Assembly: GCF_000148385.1 (NCBI RefSeq)
Contig: NC_014537.1
Coordinates: 2,010,001 to 2,042,000 of the forward strand
Origin: Vulcanisaeta distributa DSM 14429
Lineage (GTDB): Archaea > Thermoproteota > Thermoprotei > Thermoproteales > Thermocladiaceae
Direction of reading: 5' to 3'
DNA: 32,000 nt
Translations under genes and position numbers: made by a program
The notes under the pieces: generated by a model
Databases searched by the model: none
Seen by the model: the letters and a program-made list of their open reading frames with translations, nothing else
What the model was told of the DNA's origin: nothing
Part shown: positions 1-8,659 of the stretch, one piece after another
Layout of the letters: each line of letters begins with the position of its first letter
How positions within the stretch are numbered: position 1 is the first letter of the stretch

Positions 1-1009
1 CCGTTGTGAAGTCTGTGGTTATTTCGTAATCGTCCCCGTAAGACTTAACGAGTTTATACGCCTTAATTGTTAGGTCTAGGACCTTGTCAGGGTTTGGCTC
101 AATGCCCTTCGCACCATACCTAAAGAACTCATCACTATGGAGTGTTATTTCCTTAAAACCACCAACCTCAATATTCAACTTTATCTCCCTATCGATGTGC
201 CCCTCGAATGGGAATGACCTAATCATTCCGCTAAGCGTTGGCGTGCAGAATTGACAACCCCTGCCGCAGCCCCTCGTGACCTCAACCATACCGCCAATTG
301 AGGGCGTGACTATGGTTGGGACCATATCTATCGGCACTGGCCTATGGGCTACCACCCTACTCGGCACCGGTTCACCCTTCATTATCTTATCAAATAATTG
401 CGGGCCATCCTCCTCAAACTCGCCCTCATAAACAACGTCAATGCCAAGCTCATCCTGCCTACCGGTATCCACGATCTGCCAACCAGCGGGGCCTCCAACA
501 ACAATCTTGAGATGGCTCCTATGTCTCTTAATTGCTGGGTGATTAATGACTTGTAGGAATGACTTGGCTATGTATGGTAAGCCCCTATACGGTAAGTCAG
601 CTAGCTTCAATATCCAATACAGAATCCCTGAACCAAAGCTCAGTCCTAATGGGTCCATTACGTATATACCCACAATTCGTGTATTGGGCCCAATTACCTT
701 ATCGAGCTTATATGGATCGGCAACTATTACGTCATTTCTCGTGTAACCATGGGCAAGTAACGCAGCCTCAACCTTAGCCAAGCCATAGGGGGCTCTTAAA
801 ACCCTACCATCTTTATCACTCTTAACCCTGAAGAATCTGCGGGCAACCCAATCCCTGAAGTAGTTCTCCGGTATTGCACTTGCAAATCCGACCACGGATG
901 AACCGTGTGTATCGCTCATTGTCGCGATTTCGCCCGTTAAAACGATTGGATATCCACCGAATGACACAGACCTACCACATACCTGTAGTAAATAAAAACC
1001 CTTCTTCAT
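1..1009 (-). CDS. Radical SAM protein (3' end runs off the left window edge)
   Basis: Absent from the ORF track because its stop lies outside the window. Manual minus-strand translation from ATG 1009..1007 stays open down to position 2 (336 codons): MKKGFYLLQVCGRSVSFGGYPIVLTGEIATMSD...KIVVGGPAGWQIVDTG...MVEVTRGCGRGCQFCTPTLSGMIRSF. CGRGCQFC (about 245-268) is the canonical CxxxCxxC radical-SAM cluster motif. Confidence 0.8.
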   Translation of the reverse strand, partial: MKKGFYLLQVCGRSVSFGGYPIVLTGEIATMSDTHGSSVVGFASAIPENYFRDWVARRFFRVKSDKDGRVLRAPYGLAKVEAALLAHGYTRNDVIVADPYKLDKVIGPNTRIVGIYVMDPLGLSFGSGILYWILKLADLPYRGLPYIAKSFLQVINHPAIKRHRSHLKIVVGGPAGWQIVDTGRQDELGIDVVYEGEFEEDGPQLFDKIMKGEPVPSRVVAHRPVPIDMVPTIVTPSIGGMVEVTRGCGRGCQFCTPTLSGMIRSFPFEGHIDREIKLNIEVGGFKEITLHSDEFFRYGAKGIEPNPDKVLDLTIKAYKLVKSYGDDYEITTDFTT

Positions 1010-1055
1010 TAATATAAACTACTGGCTTCGCGTAGTTTAATATAGGAATTGAAAG

Positions 1056-1481
1056 TTAGCTAATACCCTTCCTTGGAGTCCTCGCGCCGCAAGCCGTGCA
1101 CACGAGCACGTATATCCTACCCTCCCTCTCAAGGTAGGTATCTATTGAGTGGCACACGGGGCACTCAACATAGAACTTAATATACCTCTCATAAACAGCC
1201 TCAAGGGTCCTCGGACTCCTCTCAGCGTATAAAACAAACGTATTGCCCTCAATATTACCTGGAAGTGCCAGCTCCTTAAGGAAGAACCTCGCTATGTGTG
1301 TTGGGTCCCTATTAAGTCTTTGAGCAACATCCCTGAAGTTCTGGATAATCGTCTTCTTAGGCTGAACTAATATGCTCAACTTAGGTATCTCCTGCCTTCT
1401 CTGAATCCTAGGTGTTATTAATGTATAGGCCTTATCCAATAACTTCATATAAAGCTCATCATAATTAACATCACTCGACAT
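1056..1481 (-). CDS. eif2b: Translation initiation factor aIF2 beta subunit
   Basis: 141 aa. It has a typical aIF2-beta/eIF5-type core ([28 protein letters not shown]...) and a C-terminal CxxC...CxxC zinc ribbon (CPVCHSIDT...CTACGA). Confidence 0.9.
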   Translation of the reverse strand: MSSDVNYDELYMKLLDKAYTLITPRIQRRQEIPKLSILVQPKKTIIQNFRDVAQRLNRDPTHIARFFLKELALPGNIEGNTFVLYAERSPRTLEAVYERYIKFYVECPVCHSIDTYLEREGRIYVLVCTACGARTPRKGIS

Positions 1482-1597
1482 ACCAACGTTAGGAGAAACT
1501 AATACTTAATAAATTCTTACTTCCATGATTTACGTTATTAATCTATCTAGGCCACGGTCAGTCTGGTTTAAAGTCTCTGCGTTTTAATAAATCATTA

Positions 1598-2251
1598 ATG
1601 ACCTTACTCGTGATTAAAACCGCTAATAGGCGTGGAATGCTTCACGAAATAACCGGCGTTATTAAGGATTATACAAGCATTGAGTGGGTCTTCGTATCCA
1701 TACCCTCAGAGACCGAGAGGGTAATTGCCATGAGACTCAGCGACTCCTTACCAATAAGCGCCATTGATAGGTTGAAGAGCATTAATGGCGTTCACGATAT
1801 CTGGGCAAGCCATGAGGCACCCATGGAGCTGGTGGGCTTTGATAAGGAAATCCTTAGAAGTATATTAATGCACATGGTTCAAAGCGGTGGGGAGGTTCAC
1901 GCATTCCTAACAAAACTTGGTTACGAGATGGGCTTGTCAATGGCCAGCACAATGCTTAGGACCAAGTATGAGATTCCATCAAATGCCGCGATGAATAAGG
2001 TCCTTGAGACCGCCATAAACATGCTCGTGGTTATGAACTTAACGAGAAGTGTTGAGAACATAAGCGTGAGTACGGATAAGGGTGGGCACGTGGTTAATAT
2101 ATCGTTGCTAGAGCCCTTTGACTTAGATGCTGGGTTACCGTTTACTAGGGGTTACCTACTTGGGTTGTTGAAGGTGCTCCTTAAGTGTGATTGTAGCCTT
2201 GATGCAGTAATAAATAAGTCGAGGGTAACCTTCTACATCAAGGGTAAGTAA
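1598..2251 (+). CDS. Hypothetical protein with ACT-like N-terminus and V4R-like C-terminus (putative small-molecule-binding protein)
   Basis: 217 aa. The N-terminus LLVIKTANRRGMLHEITGVIKDY resembles the ACT-domain beta-alpha start. The C-terminus RGYLLGLLKVLLKCDCSLDAVINKSRVTFYIKG resembles V4R (4-vinyl reductase) domain ends. Recognised by eye only. Confidence 0.35.
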   Translation: MTLLVIKTANRRGMLHEITGVIKDYTSIEWVFVSIPSETERVIAMRLSDSLPISAIDRLKSINGVHDIWASHEAPMELVGFDKEILRSILMHMVQSGGEVHAFLTKLGYEMGLSMASTMLRTKYEIPSNAAMNKVLETAINMLVVMNLTRSVENISVSTDKGGHVVNISLLEPFDLDAGLPFTRGYLLGLLKVLLKCDCSLDAVINKSRVTFYIKGK

Positions 2252-2344
2252 ATTCAATTCCAATGTCTTAATCATTATGAAACAAAACAAATTGTAATTA
2301 ATATTTAAATAGACGGAGGTGGCATAGCAATCGGTGAGTTCCCT

Positions 2345-3277
2345 TTGGAGAGTTGGGTTAGGTCTTTAATCGATATAATGAAGAGAAGCCTTGATTCCAA
2401 TGGTTTACCAATACCGATGGATAAATCCTACTGTACCGAGTGGGCTAAGGACCTTAACATACCCAGGGGTGGTGATACGATAATTTACACGTCATGCCTA
2501 TACCAAATGGCACCCATGATTAATCAATTAGTGCCATGGATAGAGAAGGTCAGGGGAACACCATTAAGTGGGTTGGCTGGTGTGCTTTCTAGGTTTGCGG
2601 GTTTTGTGATAAAGCCGAGTAGGGCGGATATCGATAGAGCCAATAACATACTTAAGAACATTGCCAGGTCATTGATGAAGGCTGGCATAAGCTTTGGCTT
2701 CCTCTACGAGGATGAGCCATACAGCGGCGCACTGCTTCATGAAATCGGGGCTGAGGATGCGTTCCTTGAGTACTTCGAGAATACGGTCCTCAAGACCTTC
2801 AGGAAGTACGGAATTAGGAGGATCATAACGATCGATCCACATACCCATAACATACTGACAAACGTGGCGCCAAACTACTTCAAGCTTGATTTTGAGGTTG
2901 TGAATTACCTGGATCTAATTAGGGGCATTAAAGTAAGGCCTAAGATGAGCGGTGATGTGGTTATTCATGACTCATGCCTATACGCCAGGTACCTGGGTAA
3001 GTACGATGTGTACAGGTCGATACTCGATAATGCCGGTGTTAAGCACCTTGAGGACCCATTAATAACCGGTAGGGACACATCAACCTGCTGCGGAGGGCCA
3101 CTTGAATCACTCAGCCCGGAGCTTTCTAGGAAGATTGCTAAGATTAGGATTGAGAATTTGGCTAAGCTGTCAAAGACTGTGGTGACCGTATGCCCAATAT
3201 GCTTAGCAAACCTCAGTAGGAATGCTGAGGGTGTCGTTCAGATCCTGGACATAAATGAGGTCGTCGAGGCGGAGTAG
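2345..3277 (+). CDS. CCG-domain (Fe-S) oxidoreductase, HdrB/GlpC/LutA-like
   Basis: 310 aa with a TTG start in the track. It shows the cysteine-rich CCG signature TSTCCGGPLES...VTVCPICLANL plus an upstream Cys-containing half-domain (YTSCLYQM, HDSCLYARY). Confidence 0.7.
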   Translation: MESWVRSLIDIMKRSLDSNGLPIPMDKSYCTEWAKDLNIPRGGDTIIYTSCLYQMAPMINQLVPWIEKVRGTPLSGLAGVLSRFAGFVIKPSRADIDRANNILKNIARSLMKAGISFGFLYEDEPYSGALLHEIGAEDAFLEYFENTVLKTFRKYGIRRIITIDPHTHNILTNVAPNYFKLDFEVVNYLDLIRGIKVRPKMSGDVVIHDSCLYARYLGKYDVYRSILDNAGVKHLEDPLITGRDTSTCCGGPLESLSPELSRKIAKIRIENLAKLSKTVVTVCPICLANLSRNAEGVVQILDINEVVEAE

Positions 3278-3279
3278 GC

Positions 3280-3287
3280 TTTAAATA
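3280..3287 (+). promoter_or_regulatory. TATA box (TTTAAATA) positioned for the candidate C/D box sRNA
   Basis: The consensus-like archaeal TATA element tttaaata is centred about 26-27 nt upstream of the C box at 3311. Confidence 0.45.
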
Positions 3288-3310
3288 ATAATCCTAATCA
3301 ATAATGATCA

Positions 3311-3360
3311 ATGATGATGCGATGGCTGTCCAGACCAATGACGAGTAAGGTGTTAGCTGA
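3311..3360 (+). ncRNA. Candidate C/D box sRNA (2'-O-methylation guide)
   Basis: It lies in the 131-bp gap between CDSs. The layout is C box ATGATGA (3311-3317), a 12-13 nt guide TGCGATGGCTGT(C), a degenerate D' box CAGA (3331-3334), a 3-nt loop, C' box ATGACGA (3338-3344), a 12-nt guide GTAAGGTGTTAG (3345-3356) and D box CTGA (3357-3360). The 50-nt total and 12-nt spacers match the archaeal C/D architecture. A TATA box sits at -27 and a T5 run 18 nt downstream. Confidence 0.6.
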
Positions 3361-3377
3361 CTACGTCTAAGAAAGTG

Positions 3378-3382
3378 TTTTT
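3378..3382 (+). terminator. Oligo-T run, possible archaeal terminator for the sRNA
   Basis: The run ttttt lies 18 nt after the D box, and archaeal RNAP terminates at T-stretches. Confidence 0.3.
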
Positions 3383-3408
3383 ATTCTGGTCTGCCTACGC
3401 AGATTTTA

Positions 3409-3855
3409 ATGAGCTTCACACCCGTGTATGAGAGGGACTTGGAAGTACCCATAAAAATAAGTAAGTCAACGAATGAGGATGCGAGGAGAAAGAGACTTGA
3501 GAGGTGGCCCAGGGAGGCTGGCTTATCGGTGCCTCTTGACGATTCTGGCACGAGCTTCATGCAGTTGGTTAAGTCCTTCTCCACGGACTACGGCCTAACA
3601 CCTGGCGAGAGGGTGTGGGATGTTAAGGATGTCGGTGGTAAGTACAGCATTAACATGGTTTGGAAGTTGATGAGGGGCAGCGAGGAGAAGGGCTATGCCA
3701 GGGTTACCGGTGAGATACCGCTGACGCCAACCGGTGAGGAGGGTAACAACGTAGTTTATACTGCGAGGCTTAGGTACGTGATTGAGATTAGCAATGATGT
3801 GCTTAGTGAGAAGGCAACTGCGGAGAATGTACCCGAGGTTAACCTATTCGGTTAA
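3409..3855 (+). CDS. Hypothetical protein
   Basis: A 148 aa ORF with coding-like composition and no motif I recognise. Confidence 0.4.
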   Translation: MSFTPVYERDLEVPIKISKSTNEDARRKRLERWPREAGLSVPLDDSGTSFMQLVKSFSTDYGLTPGERVWDVKDVGGKYSINMVWKLMRGSEEKGYARVTGEIPLTPTGEEGNNVVYTARLRYVIEISNDVLSEKATAENVPEVNLFG

Positions 3856-3897
3856 GATTAGGTAATTCATTTAAAATAATCCTAAGGCATCAATAAA

Positions 3898-5094
3898 GTG
3901 GTGTACGCAGTACCGACCAGGGAATTCGAGAGAAGGCTAAACCTACTTTATAGGGTTATGGATGAGAAGAGATTGGATGCCGTCTACATAGTCAATCCAA
4001 TAAACATAGCCTACTTCATAGGGTTTTACTACCTACAGACGGAGAGGCCGGTTGCGATTGTTGTGCGTAGGAATGGCGATATCTACTTCCTTGGGCCACT
4101 ACTGGAGAGGGATCACGTACTGAGCCAAACGAAGCTCGTGAGCAGGGTATACACGTATAGGGATTACCCAGGCGAGGTGCACCCAATACGGTTATTCGCT
4201 GATTGGCTCCGTGAATTACACCTGGATAGCTCGGCCATTGGTTATGATGCATCACCAGGTTACGTAAGTTACTGGGGCTATAAGGGACCAAGCCTAACTG
4301 ATTTATTACCTAATGCTAAGTTCGTGAATATATCAGACGATATTTACTCCATGAGGTTGATAAAGAGCGATGTGGAGATTGAATTGCTCAGGGAAAGCGC
4401 TAAGTGGTCAAACCTTGCCCACTCACTCCTTCAGGATTACACGGCACCTGGCATGTATGACTATGAGATATCACTAAGGGCTTCACTTGATGCCTCCATA
4501 ATGATGAAGAAGGCCTTAGGCCCTGGATATAAGCCACTGAGGTCTGAGTACCCCGCCTACGCAGGTTTTAGGGGCCAGGTTGGTGAGCATGGCGCTTACC
4601 CGCACTCAATAAGTGTGGAGAGACCTATTAAGGTCGGTGACGTTTTAGTGACTGGAGCCACCGCAGATGTTGGTGGTTACATGGCTGAACTCGAGAGAAA
4701 TCTCTTCGTTGGAAAGCCAAGCAATGATGTTGTTAAATACCATGAAACGGCACTTAAGCTTCAGGATGCGGCATTGAACGCTTTAAGGCCAGGGGTTAAG
4801 GCCTCCGATGTCGATAGAGCCGTTATAAGGGTTGCCAAGGAACTTGGTGTGGCTGAGTACCTACTGCATCATAGCGGGCATGGCTTAGGGTTGGAAAGCC
4901 ATGAGGCGCCATTCTTGGATGTTGGCGATGAGACAGTGTTGAGGCCGGGCATGGTTGTTACAGTTGAGCCAGGCATATACGTAAGTGGCCTTGGTGGATT
5001 TAGGCACTCAGACACTGTCGTTATCCATGAGGATTATGTCGAGGTAATAACGTATTACCCCAGGGATACCGAGTCATTGACAATAGAGATCTAG
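3898..5094 (+). CDS. M24-family (creatinase/prolidase fold) protein, Xaa-Pro peptidase-like with non-canonical metal ligands
   Basis: 398 aa with a GTG start. The pita-bread fold motifs HHSGHGLGLESHEAP and MVVTVEPGIY are present. The positions that align with the prolidase ligands in IDxGA...SDITRT and GVRIEDT read VTGAT...AELERN and GFRHSDT. Confidence 0.75.
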   Translation: MVYAVPTREFERRLNLLYRVMDEKRLDAVYIVNPINIAYFIGFYYLQTERPVAIVVRRNGDIYFLGPLLERDHVLSQTKLVSRVYTYRDYPGEVHPIRLFADWLRELHLDSSAIGYDASPGYVSYWGYKGPSLTDLLPNAKFVNISDDIYSMRLIKSDVEIELLRESAKWSNLAHSLLQDYTAPGMYDYEISLRASLDASIMMKKALGPGYKPLRSEYPAYAGFRGQVGEHGAYPHSISVERPIKVGDVLVTGATADVGGYMAELERNLFVGKPSNDVVKYHETALKLQDAALNALRPGVKASDVDRAVIRVAKELGVAEYLLHHSGHGLGLESHEAPFLDVGDETVLRPGMVVTVEPGIYVSGLGGFRHSDTVVIHEDYVEVITYYPRDTESLTIEI

Positions 5095-5137
5095 CATGAT
5101 TAAGGCGTATAAATTGGTTTATTAATTACGTTATTAC

Positions 5138-5704
5138 ATGAACATAAAGCAATTTTTAACGTATACGGGGGTTATCGCCGCGGTACTTGCCTGGCTATTC
5201 ATAGCTATTAGCATAAGCGTTAATCCCTGGTTTGTATTCACTAGGAACGCCTTCAGTGACTTGGGAGGACCCTACGCCACTGATCCCTGGATTTACAATT
5301 ACGGATTAATAACGACATCAGTATTTGTTGACCTATACTCAATAAACCTATTGCTAATATCAAGAAATAAGGTTGAGGACTTCGCCTCAGCATTCGTATT
5401 CATCGCAGGGCTATTCCTGGCATTAATAGGGATTTACCACGCTGGAACTCGACCACACGTTTTTGTCTCAACCTGGTTCTTCACGCAAATGGATATGGCG
5501 TTGATTACGTGGGGAGTTGGCTCATTAATGGCTAGGGATAGGAGGCTTGGGTTGTTCTCACTACTCCTCGGTGTTGTAGCGCCAATGATAGCGTTGATAA
5601 TTCCATGGCCATCAGCAGCCACCGAGGAGGCTTATGGAATAGCCGTGATAGACCTGTGGGTAGCCGTGGTCACGTACTTTGATGCAAAGCACTTGATTAA
5701 GTGA
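5138..5704 (+). CDS. Integral membrane protein (about 6 TM, possibly DUF998-like)
   Basis: 188 aa and highly hydrophobic with several predicted TM helices. It carries an FSDLGG motif near the N-terminus. Confidence 0.45.
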   Translation: MNIKQFLTYTGVIAAVLAWLFIAISISVNPWFVFTRNAFSDLGGPYATDPWIYNYGLITTSVFVDLYSINLLLISRNKVEDFASAFVFIAGLFLALIGIYHAGTRPHVFVSTWFFTQMDMALITWGVGSLMARDRRLGLFSLLLGVVAPMIALIIPWPSAATEEAYGIAVIDLWVAVVTYFDAKHLIK

Positions 5705-5714
5705 TTGAGGTAGG

Positions 5715-5778
5715 TGTCAAAACTTGGACTGGAAGAGTGGAGGTAAGATTAATCTTACCTCCACTCTGCCTGCCCAAC
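5715..5778. repeat. 64-nt repeated element, copy A, containing a perfect 34-bp palindrome (5734-5767)
   Basis: TGTCAAAACTTGGACTGGAAGAGTGGAGGTAAGATTAATCTTACCTCCACTCTGCCTGCCCAAC is identical to 10616-10679. It starts 11 nt after the stop of the upstream + strand CDS. Confidence 0.9.
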
Positions 5779-5834
5779 ACGTTCAGTCCCAAAATACTTC
5801 ATGCCACGATTACTGATTACTGAATTGGCAATTA

Positions 5835-6416
5835 ATGTTTTTAAGGGTCGCCGTTTTAGTCGTATTGATGCCTGATGAGTGGTTGATTAAGGATGTTAGG
5901 GGTGTTTTGGATAGGGTTGAGAGGGTTGGGCTTGGGTTTAGGGCTCAAAATCCCAGGTTATTAATTGTCATCTTTTACGACCTCTACTGCCCGGGCTGTG
6001 CCCTGCTTGAGGATGAGGCTGGTGATTACCTGGTTGAGTTGTATAGGAATGGTAAGGCGTCACTCTACTTCGTTGATTACCCAGTGCATAGGGGTGTTGA
6101 GAAGCTCCATGCAGCGTTTAGATGCATTTACAGGAGGGATCCAATGGTCTTCCTGGAGGTCCTAAAGAGGCATTATGAGGCGTACCTAAGCGGTAAGTTA
6201 AAGGGTGAGGAGTCCATTGCCGAGGCTGGTGGCGACTGCGTTAACGAAGAGCTTAAGAGGGTCATGGAGGCTAAGTCCGTGGCCAAGGAGTTGGGTGCCC
6301 CGGGTACTCCAACAATAATAATTGGTAACCTTGTTAAGAATGTTGGACAGGGGATATTTGGTTACCCAGGCATTACGAAACTCGCGAAGGCCATTGAGGA
6401 CCTTTACGTTTATTAA
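5835..6416 (+). CDS. Thioredoxin-fold protein disulfide oxidoreductase (DsbA-like)
   Basis: 193 aa. It has a CPGC redox motif (DLYCPGCALLE), a hydrophobic N-terminus and the C-terminal GTPTIIIG typical of the DsbA/thioredoxin fold (cis-Pro loop). Confidence 0.6.
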   Translation: MFLRVAVLVVLMPDEWLIKDVRGVLDRVERVGLGFRAQNPRLLIVIFYDLYCPGCALLEDEAGDYLVELYRNGKASLYFVDYPVHRGVEKLHAAFRCIYRRDPMVFLEVLKRHYEAYLSGKLKGEESIAEAGGDCVNEELKRVMEAKSVAKELGAPGTPTIIIGNLVKNVGQGIFGYPGITKLAKAIEDLYVY

Positions 6417-6418
6417 AA

Positions 6419-6991
6419 TCACCTACGGCGCGCCCTAGCCGTTGGTGAGTACCTCCTCCTGACTTGGAGTAGGACTATTAGTATTAGGGCGTTGCCTAGG
6501 GCGTTTAATGCCGTACCCACCTCCATGATATTCGGTATTAGGGCTAGCCACATTATGATAGCCACAATCGAGATTATCGCGCCAACTCTACCCACATTAC
6601 TCCTAAATTGATTGCTGACCATGTAGGCACCCACGTAACTAGATACGGAGAGACCAAGTACCACGCTCACGGCTATTAGGAATAACACGGCGGCTGCCGC
6701 CCCATCGCCATATAGGTAGAGTAGGTAGGAGATGGTCATTAGTGGTGGTGCAATGAACATTATGTACCTGTAAATCGTTGATAACCTGCATGAACCCCTA
6801 TTGACGATGCAGATATTACCCCAGCCAAACATTCCAATGCCAATCCAGAGTATTGCAATGATTAACTGCAGCACGTCATAGGTGAGGTCTGTGAAGCCCA
6901 TGAGTAGTAAAGCCTTCAGTGCTATGTCTAGTATGAAGCCGTATATTATGGCTGTGAAGCCCTCATAGACACCCCTAACAATGCTCATCAA
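6419..6991 (-). CDS. Integral membrane protein, unknown function
   Basis: 190 aa with multiple TM helices and a basic C-terminal tail (RRRYSPTARARRR). It lies downstream of the nuoN-like gene on the same strand. Confidence 0.4.
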   Translation of the reverse strand: MMSIVRGVYEGFTAIIYGFILDIALKALLLMGFTDLTYDVLQLIIAILWIGIGMFGWGNICIVNRGSCRLSTIYRYIMFIAPPLMTISYLLYLYGDGAAAAVLFLIAVSVVLGLSVSSYVGAYMVSNQFRSNVGRVGAIISIVAIIMWLALIPNIMEVGTALNALGNALILIVLLQVRRRYSPTARARRR

Positions 6992-7026
6992 ATTTTAGGA
7001 AGTATCAATGGTTTTAAGCAGTATTG

Positions 7027-8301
7027 TCACAGGCTTAGGATTAAGTAGTTGATTAGGTTCATTATTGGGTGTATTAACCAGGATGGTGGTATCGTTGTTG
7101 ATAAAACGAGTATCGTGAAAACTATTACCAAGCCCTCAGCCAACCCACCCTTCCAACCAGTCCCCAACTCCCTGGCGAGCCTCACGTAGTAGGGTACCGA
7201 GATCACGGAGTTAATTACCAGTAGAACCGCGAGCCAGGTGAGGTTGCCGTAGACCAACGCCAGTATTATGTATAGCTTTGACCAGAAGCCCAGGAGCGGT
7301 GGTGTGCCTATGAAGGCCAGGGATATCAACCAGGTACTCACCGCATTATTACCCTTTGAAAATACTGTGTTAAAGAATCCCATTTTGCCGACGGCATTCA
7401 TGAATAACTGTAGTAATAAACCGACGAGCGCCAGCCCTAGGGTTACGCCCATCTCCTGGGCACCCATTATCGCGGCTGCGAAGGCGGCCATTACATAGCC
7501 CATGTTTGCTATTGAGGAATAGGCGAGGACCCTCGGACTCTCCCTACTCGTAAGCGCGCCTATGTTTCCTAGGAACATTGATATCGTCGCGAAGGCGCCG
7601 GCTATGTATGCCAGGTAGTAGGGCGGTACCCTGTAGAGGCTCATTGTGGTCAGTGTTATCTTAATGGCGACGATGAATGGGGCTATCTTGGCTATGGAGG
7701 CTATTATCGAGACAGGTATTGGGTTACCGGCCGTGAACACGTCGGGAACCCACTCATGCATTGGGGCCACACCAACCTCTAGGGATAGGCCGAGGAGTAG
7801 TAGGGAGAAGCCTATTATGTATGTTATTAATGATGGGCCTGAACTAATTATTATTGCGCCCACGAAGAAGAGTACCGTGGCTATTATCATGTTAACCACG
7901 TACTTAACACCAACCTCAATGCTCGTGCCTGGATCCCCCATTAGGATCAGTAAGTACGTTGGTGCTGAGACGAGCATTAGCGACAGCAGTGTTAGGGCTA
8001 GGTTGCTTGTGTATAGGGCTAGTACCGTGGCTATTATCATTATTGAGATGAGTACGTAATCAACACCCCTTATTGGCGAGTTGAGCCTCATTAAGGTAAT
8101 TATTCCAAGGATGCCTATGACCACGAGGAACGCGACATATGCCATTAAGTACGTGTTTGGCGCCGCGAGGAGTATTATCATTGATATTGCCGGTGCGATC
8201 CACGAGTACCTCCTAGCACCCTCACTGAGTAGTGCCGGTGCTGTGCCAACCACGCTTATTACTGCTGATGCAAGGAGGATGTATGTGTATGGTGTGGACA
8301 C
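7027..8301 (-). CDS. nuoN: NADH-quinone oxidoreductase antiporter-like subunit (NuoN/ND2-like)
   Basis: 424 aa polytopic protein with proton-antiporter-type features (APMHEWVPDVFTAG, AYSSIANMGY, PPLLGFWSK), typical of NuoN/M family members. Confidence 0.7.
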   Translation of the reverse strand: MSTPYTYILLASAVISVVGTAPALLSEGARRYSWIAPAISMIILLAAPNTYLMAYVAFLVVIGILGIITLMRLNSPIRGVDYVLISIMIIATVLALYTSNLALTLLSLMLVSAPTYLLILMGDPGTSIEVGVKYVVNMIIATVLFFVGAIIISSGPSLITYIIGFSLLLLGLSLEVGVAPMHEWVPDVFTAGNPIPVSIIASIAKIAPFIVAIKITLTTMSLYRVPPYYLAYIAGAFATISMFLGNIGALTSRESPRVLAYSSIANMGYVMAAFAAAIMGAQEMGVTLGLALVGLLLQLFMNAVGKMGFFNTVFSKGNNAVSTWLISLAFIGTPPLLGFWSKLYIILALVYGNLTWLAVLLVINSVISVPYYVRLARELGTGWKGGLAEGLVIVFTILVLSTTIPPSWLIHPIMNLINYLILSL

Positions 8302-8326
8302 TTCGCATCACCCCTGTCCACGTGAT

Positions 8327-8659
8327 TTAAGTATTACTCTTCGACTCAACATACTGCTCACCACCAGCCTTAATCTCCTCAACCCTCACGGACTTCCTAA
8401 CCCTATCCAACGCCATTATAGCCGTTATTAGGGTCATGAATTCTGTGGATGATGACAGTATGGTTACGACGAGTATGCCGAAGGCGACCACGGCATTAAC
8501 AGCAAAGAGTGGAACCAGCGCTAGGAATATTGCGTTGAACATGAGTTCAAGCGATATTAAAACCCTAATCAGGTCATTAGCCCTCAATGCGCTGTAGTAA
8601 CCAATCATTAGTATTATTGATGCAAATCCGTAAATTATCGCCGCATTCACGACCTCCAT
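8327..8659 (-). CDS. nuoK: NADH-quinone oxidoreductase subunit K (ND4L)
   Basis: 110 aa with 3 TM helices and a NuoK-like core, LIRVLISLELMFNAIFLALV. It overlaps the upstream nuoJ-like gene by 13 nt. Confidence 0.75.
   Translation of the reverse strand: MEVVNAAIIYGFASIILMIGYYSALRANDLIRVLISLELMFNAIFLALVPLFAVNAVVAFGILVVTILSSSTEFMTLITAIMALDRVRKSVRVEEIKAGGEQYVESKSNT

Noticed and set aside
87-135. A minus-strand GTGATGA ... CTGA pair 51 nt apart might be a C/D box sRNA.
   Set aside because: The position where a C' box should be reads AAGGGCA and there is no D' box. The segment also lies wholly inside the radical SAM coding frame.
316-777. The + strand track ORFs at 316..510, 546..746 and 559..777.
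   Set aside because: They are antisense shadows of the 336-codon radical SAM ORF on the minus strand and have low-complexity, non-protein-like sequences.
3381-3584. The 67-aa minus-strand ORF overlapping the start of the 3409..3855 gene.
   Set aside because: It is shorter than the + strand ORF it overlaps, is antisense to it and has no motifs. It would also run into the sRNA terminator region.
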